A DNA stretch of 64,000 nt from a virus, in IMG/VR virus record IMGVR_UViG_3300037483_000443, positions 71,655 to 135,654 of that record. One strand, given 5' to 3'. The notes below the pieces were generated by a model. The model searched no databases. It was not told the DNA's origin and saw only the letters and a program-made list of their open reading frames with translations. Position numbers and translations under genes: made by a program. Shown here piece by piece: positions 55,104 through 64,000 of this stretch. Positions within the stretch are counted from its first letter, which is position 1, and each line of letters starts with the position of its first letter.

Positions 55104-56048
55104 TCAGAACTTACCGAAAGTCAACGCTGAAATCTTGTCGAAGGTTCCACCAAACAGTGACACGACACGCTCGATCAACTGTTTCACGACACGGTTCAAC
55201 AGCAACCACAGCAAAGTGATCGGCCAAGAGAAGCTGGCACCGATTACGAATGATTTGCAGGTCTTGAATCGAGGTGGCAGAATCTGAGCAACGGCATCAT
55301 CAAGCTGTTGCTTTGTCGGTGACTTGGAAATTTGAATACCGTTGATGAACTCTGCGTCGGATTCTCCCGTGTTATTGCGGTCCCTGGCGCTTGGGAACAC
55401 TTTAAGATCAGTAACGTTAAAGTTCAGCTCTCCGTGAACGTCATCAAAAATCTCTTTACGATTGCTTCCGTTGATGACAACGAGGTATTTTCGCAAGGAG
55501 TTTACATACTCATCTACTGGCGTCTCAAGAAAATGAGAGCCTGCAAATGAGATGCTCTTTGCCCAGTTTGGCAGATCTTGCTCATCTAGCAAGTTTTCGA
55601 AGCGCTCTTTTGCTTTCCAGTTGTAAAACACCCAAAAGATGAACGCCGTGATGATACCGGCAAAGATGTATCCTGCTGCAAAGTAAGCTATGGTAGCAAT
55701 TAGACCGATGCTTGTGAACATTTCAGCGATCTCGTTCCAGAAGTAAAGACCGACGCAAATGAACGACAGTGTCATTGTGAAAGTCGACTTACTGTAGTAC
55801 TTCGCATCCAAGAAGTAGAACGAAGAGAAGATGAAGAGAATTGCGAGCCACGGCGAGAGCAGAATCACAAATGGGAGAGCAGTCAGCATAAAGAATGCAG
55901 CTACTCCTTCAAGGAATGTTTGATCTGCTACGGGTGCAACTTGAGCGATTTGATCTGCATGCCCAAAAGTCACAGAGATGACTGGATCTGCTGCAAAGGC
56001 GCTAAACGTGACTAACAACAGAATAATACCGATGATAAGTTTCTTCAT
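55104..56048 (-). CDS. membrane protein
   Basis: signal peptide and several TM helices, downstream of the Ter cluster. Confidence 0.7.
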   Translation of the reverse strand: MKKLIIGIILLLVTFSAFAADPVISVTFGHADQIAQVAPVADQTFLEGVAAFFMLTALPFVILLSPWLAILFIFSSFYFLDAKYYSKSTFTMTLSFICVGLYFWNEIAEMFTSIGLIATIAYFAAGYIFAGIITAFIFWVFYNWKAKERFENLLDEQDLPNWAKSISFAGSHFLETPVDEYVNSLRKYLVVINGSNRKEIFDDVHGELNFNVTDLKVFPSARDRNNTGESDAEFINGIQISKSPTKQQLDDAVAQILPPRFKTCKSFVIGASFSWPITLLWLLLNRVVKQLIERVVSLFGGTFDKISALTFGKF

Positions 56049-56103
56049 GATGGGCCCTTAGTGAATGATGCCCTCCACGAGGGAGGGCAGTTGTTCTTGA
56101 TGC

Positions 56104-56883
56104 TTAAGCTTTCATCCAAGCAAGAAGCTCGTCATTGATCAGACGCTCGTTCAACTGATCATCTGGAAGTTCAACGAACTTCTTGTAGTCAGCAACGTGG
56201 TCAAAACTTACATTACTGAAACGATCGGCCAACTGCTTGATGTAGTTGAACTGGCTTGCATCGCGATTGACACCCAGGAAGATGATGTACATCTGGTCGC
56301 CATTCTTCTCGGATTGCTCCAAGAGACGAGTAGTCTCGGAACGATCAGAGTTCTCGCCGTCAGTTACGAACAGCACGAGACTCTTGCGCTTTACTGGAGC
56401 CGCCGGTGTAGCTACTTCTTTCTTGCTACCGAACAGACCGCCGAAGAAACCTTTCTTTTCCGGAGCAGCCGGAGCAGAGTCGTCGGGCAGATATCCGAAG
56501 AGTTGCAAAGCCTGACGAATCGGAGGGGTGTAGTTAGTGCCACCGTTCCATACATCACAGTCGATCACGTTCTTTGCAACAAAGTCTGTGTAGTTGGTCT
56601 CGGTGATAGCACCGACATGCTCGGAACGGTTTGAGAAAGCGATTGTGTCCAGTTTCTTGTCCGGGTCAAACAGCATACCCCAGGCAGTCAGACGCTCGAT
56701 TAACAGCTCGGTCAGAGCAGGTTCGCCGCGGCGAGCGATGTGAGCATCCACGAAGGAGCCAGAAACGTCAAGAGCAAAGCAGAGCTCCATAACGGGAGGT
56801 GTGGTAATCCCGGCCTTTGCCAAGCAGAGGGATAAAGACTTCTTGGTAGCTTCCAGCTTGTTCAGATTTAGTACTAGTGCCAT
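56104..56883 (-). CDS. Ter-associated vWA protein
   Basis: LDVSGSF, GGTNY, FVTDGEN, IIFLGV. Confidence 0.82.
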   Translation of the reverse strand: MALVLNLNKLEATKKSLSLCLAKAGITTPPVMELCFALDVSGSFVDAHIARRGEPALTELLIERLTAWGMLFDPDKKLDTIAFSNRSEHVGAITETNYTDFVAKNVIDCDVWNGGTNYTPPIRQALQLFGYLPDDSAPAAPEKKGFFGGLFGSKKEVATPAAPVKRKSLVLFVTDGENSDRSETTRLLEQSEKNGDQMYIIFLGVNRDASQFNYIKQLADRFSNVSFDHVADYKKFVELPDDQLNERLINDELLAWMKA

Positions 56884-56884
56884 G

Positions 56885-57799
56885 TTATATGACTCCTTTG
56901 ATAGTTGAACGAAATTCTTCCAGTTTGTTCTTGGCAAGGATTCGGTTAGAATCATCACTCAAGTAATGCAATGTTGTAACAGAAATCCAGCTTGGGATGG
57001 TAGTCAGCACAGTGTCAACTAACAGCGAGTTGATCCTTTGCATAGATTGAACCATCGCCGATGAGGTCATCTTCATTTCTAACAGATTGTTCCAGCTCTT
57101 AGTGAGAGAGACCAATCTGAGGTCAATCATGTCTTGCTCATCTTGAGGACGAATTTTAGACAAAACGTGGTTTGTGATCAGTAAAATCTTGATCTTTTTT
57201 TCCACATCAAAGGATTCATCACCAAGATCCGCTAACTCCTTAATGACTGGTTCTAACTGAGTGCTTACAAGCTTCAGAGTAGAAACACAGCTCTCGAGCT
57301 GTCTTACATTCTCTTGAAACTTTGCTTCAGTGTTCGAGAAGTTAAAGATTCCCTTCGGCTCGAACCACTCATGAAGTTGATCAACGAGTGTATTAACTCG
57401 AACCATCATTCCCTGAGCATCCACTAAAGCACGTTTCTTAGACATCTCTAAGAACTGGGAAGCCAACTTTGCAGCTTCCTTTTGCTCTGTCATCCCAAAG
57501 TCACTCCAATTACGACGAATCCCCTTTGCCGGAATGTTACGGATTAATACCTCTCTTACTGCTTCCAAGTCACCGTCATCTGCTGCCGGGTCAATCTTCT
57601 TCAGATCTGCCAGAGTAGGAAGATCTATCACCAGGCGCTCGCCTTTTAGAGCATTTGCTGGTGTAAAGGACTTCGCCGGAGTAGGAGTAACCACAGCTTC
57701 TGGTTGACGTCCCACAGTACCAGGAAGAGCAGAGGGTTTGAAATCTTTCTTAGTCTCTGCTTTCATCGAACCGGCGACAGATGTTGGAGTGAATACCAT
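56885..57799 (-). CDS. TelA-like helical protein
   Basis: coiled-coil, TTIPSW motif, position in Ter cluster. Confidence 0.55.
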   Translation of the reverse strand: MVFTPTSVAGSMKAETKKDFKPSALPGTVGRQPEAVVTPTPAKSFTPANALKGERLVIDLPTLADLKKIDPAADDGDLEAVREVLIRNIPAKGIRRNWSDFGMTEQKEAAKLASQFLEMSKKRALVDAQGMMVRVNTLVDQLHEWFEPKGIFNFSNTEAKFQENVRQLESCVSTLKLVSTQLEPVIKELADLGDESFDVEKKIKILLITNHVLSKIRPQDEQDMIDLRLVSLTKSWNNLLEMKMTSSAMVQSMQRINSLLVDTVLTTIPSWISVTTLHYLSDDSNRILAKNKLEEFRSTIKGVI

Positions 57800-57802
57800 G
57801 GC

Positions 57803-58447
57803 TTAGGAGAAGTGACCCAGAACTTCGTTGAAGTCTTGATCGAAACCAACAGCCACCGGGTAGAACGAGATGGTGTTAGAGGGATCGATGATGATGGAGC
57901 CCATCTGCACCCCGACGAAGTCACCGAACTGAGCCGACAGATTGGCATCAAATACAGACTTACCGTCGCCGTCCTCGATGATCACGCGAGGGTTAGTTAC
58001 GTTCTTGAACTTGTTCGGGCCACTTTGCGGGTGGATCATGGCGATCAGCGGAATTTCGATGGCGGCATTGGCCTTCGGAGTCAGCTTGCTTGGATCGATC
58101 ATGACGAACTCGTCATCAGCTCCGTCATCAGCACCACCGCTCAGTGCATCGGCGCTGTGAATCATCGCACCGCCGTGGATTGAGAAAGTACCATCAGCAG
58201 CTTTCACCAAGGTACCTACTTCACTACCGGCGATCTTGCGCTTCACGTTGTAGGTAGACAGGATGTCATCGAAGCTTTCGACCTTGGCCGCAGTTCCGTC
58301 GTTTATGCAATGAAATGCATGCAGGTCGAGGTCGGTATCACCGCCCCAGGACAGACGTACTTTGAAGCGTTCGGTCTTCTTCAGATTGAGCGACAGCTTG
58401 TTTGGCTTTGCATCGCCCGCCTTGGTCAAATTCATAGTTAATGCCAT
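57803..58447 (-). CDS. TerD-family stress protein
   Basis: LNLKK, W....DLDLHAF, HSAD...G...G.DDE. Confidence 0.8.
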   Translation of the reverse strand: MALTMNLTKAGDAKPNKLSLNLKKTERFKVRLSWGGDTDLDLHAFHCINDGTAAKVESFDDILSTYNVKRKIAGSEVGTLVKAADGTFSIHGGAMIHSADALSGGADDGADDEFVMIDPSKLTPKANAAIEIPLIAMIHPQSGPNKFKNVTNPRVIIEDGDGKSVFDANLSAQFGDFVGVQMGSIIIDPSNTISFYPVAVGFDQDFNEVLGHFS

Positions 58448-58458
58448 GGTAGATCTCC

Positions 58459-59652
58459 TTAGTTGTACTTCGAGGTGCTAGTGCGGGCACCCAAATCCGC
58501 AATGTTCTTGCGAGCTTCACCGAACACCTTGCGGGCTTCATCGAACGCGACTCGATTTGTAGCCTTTGCCTCATCCACGATCTTCATCAGCTCGGTCGTG
58601 TCTGACACGATCTGCTTGATCTGCTCTGCCTGCATCAACCGATTCTTGCCAGGTGCAGTAACAGCGTCGCTTACGACTTGTTGCATCAGCCTACCGCGAA
58701 CTGCTAACAGGTTATTGTCCAGGTCAGCAGATTGTGCAGACAGCTGTTGGACAGAGCGGATAGCCAGGGTGCTCTGCAGTGTGATCAAGGTCATCTTGAT
58801 GCTCGCGAAACGAGTAGCAGCAGTCGTAGTAGTTTCCTGTAGCGTGATGATGCCGGCATTTTGAAGTTGTCGTACAACCAGAGCATCAGCCGGGAGTCGT
58901 GTCAGAACACCTTCCATGGCTAGCACACGGCTTTCCATGGCTTGCAGCTTTTCTTCCCACTCACGCTTCTCGGCGATGTCCCAAGTACTGGTATCAACAG
59001 CCTTTGCTTTTGCCAAAGCTAGTTGACCTTGGTAGGTAGCACCGACGAACTGAACGTAGTTCAGAAAGTAAGCTTCACGCAGCTTATCCATCACCTTGAG
59101 TTCACTCTCGAGATTGATCTGCTCATTTCGCAGATCAGCTTCCATCTTGTTGATGACGGTAGTCAGAGACAGACTCTTACCGGCGATCAGAGTGCGAGTA
59201 CTTTCCAGGAAGTCGTTTTTCAGCTTGTTCAACTTCTTCTTAGAGAAGAAAACGCTGAAGACTCGTTGCCACAGAGGTAGTTTATCATCCAGAACCTTCG
59301 TGGCGAGAGCCGGCAAATCTTCCTTGCTAACCTGTTCGTTGAACGTAGAAACGAGGTTGAAGAGACGAGGAGAGTCAGCCCGGTTGATTCGGTCCAGGAA
59401 TCCATTCAGCGAGTGATTCAGATTCTGATCGACGTCGGCATGGAACAGAGCGATGTTCTGCAGCGTCATTTGCTGGACGTCAGGAATCTGCTGTTCGATC
59501 GAGGTGCGGTCATCGGGGTTGAGTAGTGAAGCTACCGAGATACCGGCAGTCAAGTCTTGAGCTTGAACAGCCGGTACTGGAGCCGACGTACCCAGCGACG
59601 ATGGAGTGAAGAAGTCGCGCTTGACCGGTGTAGTAACTGTAGTTGTGGTCAT
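58459..59652 (-). CDS. TelA-like toxic anion resistance protein
   Basis: long helical 397 aa protein between TerC-like and TerD genes. Confidence 0.6.
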   Translation of the reverse strand: MTTTTVTTPVKRDFFTPSSLGTSAPVPAVQAQDLTAGISVASLLNPDDRTSIEQQIPDVQQMTLQNIALFHADVDQNLNHSLNGFLDRINRADSPRLFNLVSTFNEQVSKEDLPALATKVLDDKLPLWQRVFSVFFSKKKLNKLKNDFLESTRTLIAGKSLSLTTVINKMEADLRNEQINLESELKVMDKLREAYFLNYVQFVGATYQGQLALAKAKAVDTSTWDIAEKREWEEKLQAMESRVLAMEGVLTRLPADALVVRQLQNAGIITLQETTTTAATRFASIKMTLITLQSTLAIRSVQQLSAQSADLDNNLLAVRGRLMQQVVSDAVTAPGKNRLMQAEQIKQIVSDTTELMKIVDEAKATNRVAFDEARKVFGEARKNIADLGARTSTSKYN

Positions 59653-59670
59653 GGTAGTCGGTCCTTTCAA

Positions 59671-60669
59671 TTACTGCTCGTTACGTTTCGCGATCACAGA
59701 AGAGACGATCGCGGCTACGATGAATGCAGCGCCGACGAGGCCGGTCACTACTTCAGGTATCTCATGGAAGGTTCCTACGAACATCAGCACTGCCAGAGAG
59801 CCGATAGCATAGAAAGCTCCGTGTTCCAAGTACTTGAATTCGTTCAGAGTCCCCTTGTCCACCATCATCAAGGTCAGAGACCGCACGAACATCGCACCGA
59901 TACCAAGACCTAGAGCGATCACGAAAATGTTGTTGGTCAAAGCGAAGGCTCCGATCACACCGTCGAACGAGAAGCTGGCATCCAGAACTTCAAGGTAGAC
60001 GAACGTACCGATTCCAGCCTTGGCAACAGTAGTAGTGGCTTCGTCTGCTTCAAAGAATTCACCAAACCATTCTACAATGATGAACGTAATGACACCCATC
60101 ATACCAGATACCAGGAAGCTGTTCACTTCTTCTACCGGCAGATACTTGGAGATCACGAAGATCAGACCGAGGGTAACTGCGATCTCGGTTGCCTCTAGGT
60201 GAGGAAGGTGTTTCTCGATGAAATCGACCCAGTGAACTTCCTTTTCCTTGTCGAAGAAGAACTTTAACGTCACCATCGTCAGGAAAGCACCACCGAAACC
60301 GGCAATCAAAACGTGGGCTGAAGTAAGAGTTTCAGCATACTTTGTCGGATCATACACGGCCATGTGCAGAGCAGCCCAAGGAGTGATAGCAGCGACGACA
60401 GAGACGATCAGCAATGGGAAGATAACCCTCATTCCGAAGACGGCGATGACCATACCCCAGGTCAGGAAGCGTTTACGCCAAACGTCGTCCATCGTTGCGA
60501 GATACTTGGCATTGACGACAGCGTTGTCGAAGGACAGAGAAACTTCCAGGACACCCAGAATCAGGACGATGAGAGCAGCCTTCCAACCACCCAACAGCAC
60601 AGCCGCAGTAACGATCGAAGCTAGTGTGAAGGCGAAAGAGCCTTTAAAGTAATGCAGAAGATTATTCAC
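59671..60669 (-). CDS. TerC-like DUF475 membrane protein
   Basis: LEVSLSFDNAVVNA, YLEVLDASFSFDGVIGAFA, YLEHGA. Confidence 0.9.
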   Translation of the reverse strand: MNNLLHYFKGSFAFTLASIVTAAVLLGGWKAALIVLILGVLEVSLSFDNAVVNAKYLATMDDVWRKRFLTWGMVIAVFGMRVIFPLLIVSVVAAITPWAALHMAVYDPTKYAETLTSAHVLIAGFGGAFLTMVTLKFFFDKEKEVHWVDFIEKHLPHLEATEIAVTLGLIFVISKYLPVEEVNSFLVSGMMGVITFIIVEWFGEFFEADEATTTVAKAGIGTFVYLEVLDASFSFDGVIGAFALTNNIFVIALGLGIGAMFVRSLTLMMVDKGTLNEFKYLEHGAFYAIGSLAVLMFVGTFHEIPEVVTGLVGAAFIVAAIVSSVIAKRNEQ

Positions 60670-60746
60670 AGATTTTCCTCTTGATGTTTCCGCCATTTTA
60701 CTAGTAGAGGTGGCGGAAAATCCTCTTTTGTGCAGCATGTAAGAGA

Positions 60747-60776
60747 ATTATAACCTAGATGAGGAGAAAAGTAAAC
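60747..60776 (-). promoter_or_regulatory. early promoter of Ter cluster
   Basis: GTTTAC-N18-TATAAT. Confidence 0.75.
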
Positions 60777-60793
60777 AACATTGTTGAGAAAAG

Positions 60794-60821
60794 AAAAAGG
60801 CTCCAAATTTGGAGCCTTTTT
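60794..60821. terminator. bidirectional-type terminator
   Basis: AAAAAGGCTCCAAATTTGGAGCCTTTTT palindrome. Confidence 0.75.
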
Positions 60822-60836
60822 GTGAAGTTTTGTACT

Positions 60837-61307
60837 TTACTTGATGCCGGTAGTATATGAAGTTGGTTTACCGGGGGCAAAGTGGGCTGTTAGTAATTGT
60901 TGTCGATTCTTTGGGTCAAAACTAATGTGGACCCACGTTCCCTCGTAGATGAGTTGATCAAACTTAACATGATGCTCTGCGATCGCCTTTGCAACTTCTC
61001 TGGGAGTACCAAAATCTGGGCAAACAAAATCAATTGCAAATCCATCCATGTGAGCAGAATGCTTTGCTCCTCCGATAGCAAGGTTCAGTGCTTCACATCT
61101 AAACCATGAATCAATGTAAATTGGTTTGCTATCAAGGATCATTCTAATGAGTTCCATACCCTTAGCAGCAATCACCATGTTTGTAATCTGTTTATCGTTT
61201 GGATTATTCGTAATTCCCTGACGAATCGCAGTAGAAGAGAACGTACCCTCTTCAACGGTAAAGTGAACAGAAAGCCGACGATTAGAAGTAGTTGGTGTAG
61301 TAGACAT
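60837..61307 (-). CDS. peptidase M15A endolysin
   Basis: HFTVEE, S.FRC..LN..IGG...SAH..G.A.D, FDQLIYE..WVHISF. Confidence 0.88.
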   Translation of the reverse strand: MSTTPTTSNRRLSVHFTVEEGTFSSTAIRQGITNNPNDKQITNMVIAAKGMELIRMILDSKPIYIDSWFRCEALNLAIGGAKHSAHMDGFAIDFVCPDFGTPREVAKAIAEHHVKFDQLIYEGTWVHISFDPKNRQQLLTAHFAPGKPTSYTTGIK

Positions 61308-61310
61308 AAT

Positions 61311-62987
61311 TTAGTACCCTGTGCAAGTGATGATAAGCACGGTAGATGCTGGCCAGGCCTGTGCCGCACCGGTGCTGTTCAAATAGTTAGTAAGTGTAAC
61401 AGAAGAAGTGGTAGATGCAGACACCGCTGTAGTGTCTAAGAAGTTTGCAGCAACAGGAGCAAAGACTTGAATGATTGCGTTCCAACCGTTTGTAGCAGTA
61501 GGAAGACCGATCACTCCGCTTGATGCAGTACCGCCCGTACCGACGTTCAATCTGAAGGTCAATGTACCATTTGCTGTAATCGATGCGCCTGTACCAAACC
61601 CGGATGAGACCGTTGGTGCAGTACCAGAGATCAATGTCTTGGGAGTTACTACTCCCAACGCGATACCTCCGAGATTTGTTGCAGTACCGATGTTGATAAA
61701 TCCAGCACCAGTTAATTGGAAAGTATTTGCTGGAACTACAGTACCCGTAGGAGTAAGGTTGATGTGAAGATCAGACGGAGTACTTGCTCCGGTAAAAGTA
61801 CCAGCTGCTACAACATCTAGTGAAGCAGAATAAGCCCAGTTAGTTTCTCCGTAACCGATGAAGTCTAAGTTACCGATCAAATCTCCTGACTGAGTCGCAG
61901 TTGGAGCGACAACGGTGCCTCTACATGATACGTAGGCGACAGAAGCTGTTGGAGAATTGCTAGCTCCGCTAGCTGCGACGTTTACCGATGAGAACCCTGA
62001 TGTAAATGAACCCAATGTTGCATTAACAGAAACCGGAATCGTAGTTGACGTTGATGATCCTAGTGTAACGTAGGCTCCGCGAAGTCGAAGGTCACCAGAG
62101 CTTTCAAGCGTTGCAGCGTTGATCGCCGTTAATGAGTTAACAGGAGTCAAGTTGAAATTGAAACGGGTTTCGGTTCCAGCACCTGAAAAGGTACTAGATG
62201 CTTGACATTCAATACCACCGCTATAGTTAAAAGTTGCTCCATTGTAACCGTAGAAGTCGATATCTCCTATGGAATCACCAACTTGGATTGCTGTAGGGAC
62301 GATAGAAGTACCGCGAGCATTTCTGAACGAAATGGTTGATTTTCCAGTTAATCCCACAACACCATACGCGGTCATTTCTACTGAATTTCCGTTTGCGTTG
62401 AGTCCAGATGTTGTTACAGATCCAGTAGAAAATAATCCTAGCGGCGCAGCACCTGTACCGATGTTAGATAGGGTAGCAACTTGATTAGAAGCGGTAGACC
62501 CAGCTGCACAGAGATTCCAACTGTAAGATGTAGGAGTGCTTCCAGCTGTCCAAGTTCCCGCTGCAACACAATCAAATGCGGCAGCGTATGAAAATATGTT
62601 TGAGTTGAATCCGTAAAAGTCAATGTTACCGATGACGTCACCGATGTTGGTCGTCAGGGGTGTAGCAAGAGTACCACGTGAAGTTTTGAGAGCGATTGAG
62701 GCTTTAGTTCCTCCGGCGCCATTGTACCAGATATATTCTGCTGAATAGTTACCACTTCCTGCAGGACCACTGGCAGGTGTATGACCGAAGTAATACGATC
62801 CACCGTTAGTAACGACAGTGTTGTCCAGTGTATTGAAAGACATCACGTCGGATGTAGTTGCGTTAGCATTACCAATAGACATATAGATCGTCCCAGTCTC
62901 AGGATTCCTGATCGTAATGTTGTTGGTTGCGGTCAAGCTTTGACCGAACTGTACGTTGTTGGTAATCAGAGTACTAGTTGTTGCCAT
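61311..62987 (-). CDS. tail fibre protein
   Basis: T/G/S rich; three RGT...PT....GD.IG..DF.G repeats. Confidence 0.75.
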   Translation of the reverse strand: MATTSTLITNNVQFGQSLTATNNITIRNPETGTIYMSIGNANATTSDVMSFNTLDNTVVTNGGSYYFGHTPASGPAGSGNYSAEYIWYNGAGGTKASIALKTSRGTLATPLTTNIGDVIGNIDFYGFNSNIFSYAAAFDCVAAGTWTAGSTPTSYSWNLCAAGSTASNQVATLSNIGTGAAPLGLFSTGSVTTSGLNANGNSVEMTAYGVVGLTGKSTISFRNARGTSIVPTAIQVGDSIGDIDFYGYNGATFNYSGGIECQASSTFSGAGTETRFNFNLTPVNSLTAINAATLESSGDLRLRGAYVTLGSSTSTTIPVSVNATLGSFTSGFSSVNVAASGASNSPTASVAYVSCRGTVVAPTATQSGDLIGNLDFIGYGETNWAYSASLDVVAAGTFTGASTPSDLHINLTPTGTVVPANTFQLTGAGFINIGTATNLGGIALGVVTPKTLISGTAPTVSSGFGTGASITANGTLTFRLNVGTGGTASSGVIGLPTATNGWNAIIQVFAPVAANFLDTTAVSASTTSSVTLTNYLNSTGAAQAWPASTVLIITCTGY

Positions 62988-62996
62988 TTTCTGTCC

Positions 62997-64000
62997 TTAA
63001 TAGATTTTCAGTACGGAATCTTGTGAGATCGTGACTATTACATCACTATTTATTGTGATCGGTCCGTCTACACTGGCATTTGAGTTAATTGGGATCGTCA
63101 AAGACACTGAAATTGAATTAAAATTCGACCAAATGTTACCTGAATAGATAGGAGTCTGCAGGGTATAAAGACCTGGGTTGTATGTCAGTGTAGTCGAAGC
63201 ATCTGGGCCAAAAGTTCCTGAAGTATTCGATACAAACACAGGGTAGTACGTAGCATCATTTCCAACTTCAGATACAGTAATGTTTGAAGTGATCGGACCT
63301 GTTGGACCAATCGGACCAGTAACCCCTACAGGACCGATGTGACCAGTTGGACCTGTAGCACCTGCGATACCAGTAGGGCCCGTAGCCCCGATTCCAGTCG
63401 GCCCGGTAACCCCCACACGCCCAGTAGGTCCAGTTGTACCAGTTGGGCCGGTAACACTTGGTCCAGTCGGTCCTACACTACCAGTTGGGCCGGTAACACT
63501 TGGTCCAGTTGGACCTGATGGCCCAAGAATGTTAGTTCCATAGTTCAAGAATGGATTGACGTTCAACAGGATCGTCGTTGCGTCAAGAATGACACCGATT
63601 GATTGAACTAGAATGTACGGATTAGAGATAGGCCGGTTTTGAGTTAGCTGACCTGTCGTGTCAACATAGACACTCTTCGAAATAGATAGATCCCAGTTCC
63701 ATGTTGGATTGTGAACTGCTCCGGTAGAAATGATCTGTGCACTATCACCAGGTTGAAGCGAAGTTCCTCCGATGATACCAACTGCAGCTTTTGCTGCTTG
63801 AGTTCCATCGGCAAGAGCGATCTCATCAAGACCGAATAGATAGACGGCCGAGTAAGCCGGAATAGATTGGATGGCAGTAGATTGGGTATTCAATGCTTCG
63901 AGACGAACAGGGGAAGAATATCCACCCTGCTGAACAAGAACATCGGTATCAGAAGTTAAAAAGTTTCCGTTTCCTGTTCTAATTCCCTTTTGATCATTTC
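62997..64000 (-). CDS. collagen-like (G-P-T repeat) fibre protein, 5' end outside window
   Basis: [12 protein letters not shown] repeats at ~63290-63525; frame open to window edge. Confidence 0.8.
   Translation of the reverse strand, partial: NDQKGIRTGNGNFLTSDTDVLVQQGGYSSPVRLEALNTQSTAIQSIPAYSAVYLFGLDEIALADGTQAAKAAVGIIGGTSLQPGDSAQIISTGAVHNPTWNWDLSISKSVYVDTTGQLTQNRPISNPYILVQSIGVILDATTILLNVNPFLNYGTNILGPSGPTGPSVTGPTGSVGPTGPSVTGPTGTTGPTGRVGVTGPTGIGATGPTGIAGATGPTGHIGPVGVTGPIGPTGPITSNITVSEVGNDATYYPVFVSNTSGTFGPDASTTLTYNPGLYTLQTPIYSGNIWSNFNSISVSLTIPINSNASVDGPITINSDVIVTISQDSVLKIY

Noticed and set aside
63290-63525. Tandem DNA repeat array
   Set aside because: Collagen-like G-P-T coding repeats within a fibre gene
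329-64000. Genome-wide TAG or TGA reassignment
   Set aside because: Long conserved genes are uninterrupted in code 11 and several end at TAG or TGA exactly where the next gene begins

Overview
64 kb of a large (jumbo-type) lytic dsDNA phage genome, almost entirely encoded on the minus strand, with many near-identical sigma70-like early promoters (GTTTAC-N17/18-TA(T/C)AAT) and T4-like late promoters (ATAAATA). A Betaproteobacteria-like cold-shock protein hints at the host. The window is dominated by translation machinery: about 46 tRNA/tRNA-like genes (including an amber suppressor, anticodon CUA), a circularly permuted two-piece tmRNA (tag ANDANGALALAA), an RNase P RNA-like gene, CCA-adding enzyme, Thg1, RNA ligase, ClpP, two Pth2-family genes and a short RF1-type release factor. 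Two candidate new systems stand out: (1) stop-codon-gated termination/rescue genes, namely a release factor split by an in-frame UGA and a Pth2-like gene (missed by the ORF track) with UAG as codon 3, alongside the amber suppressor tRNA; (2) a family of at least seven modular non-coding RNAs sharing a UGCRUAG...AGAG-WUACUUCG core with variable cargo, plus several circularly permuted tRNA modules reminiscent of bacterial YrlA Y RNAs. Also present: PhoH, NAD kinase, macrodomain, NADAR-like protein, HD hydrolase, hemerythrin, a Ter/TelA stress cluster, homing endonucleases, an M15 endolysin and tail-fibre genes. All calls are by eye from motifs and base-pairing; no database search was run.
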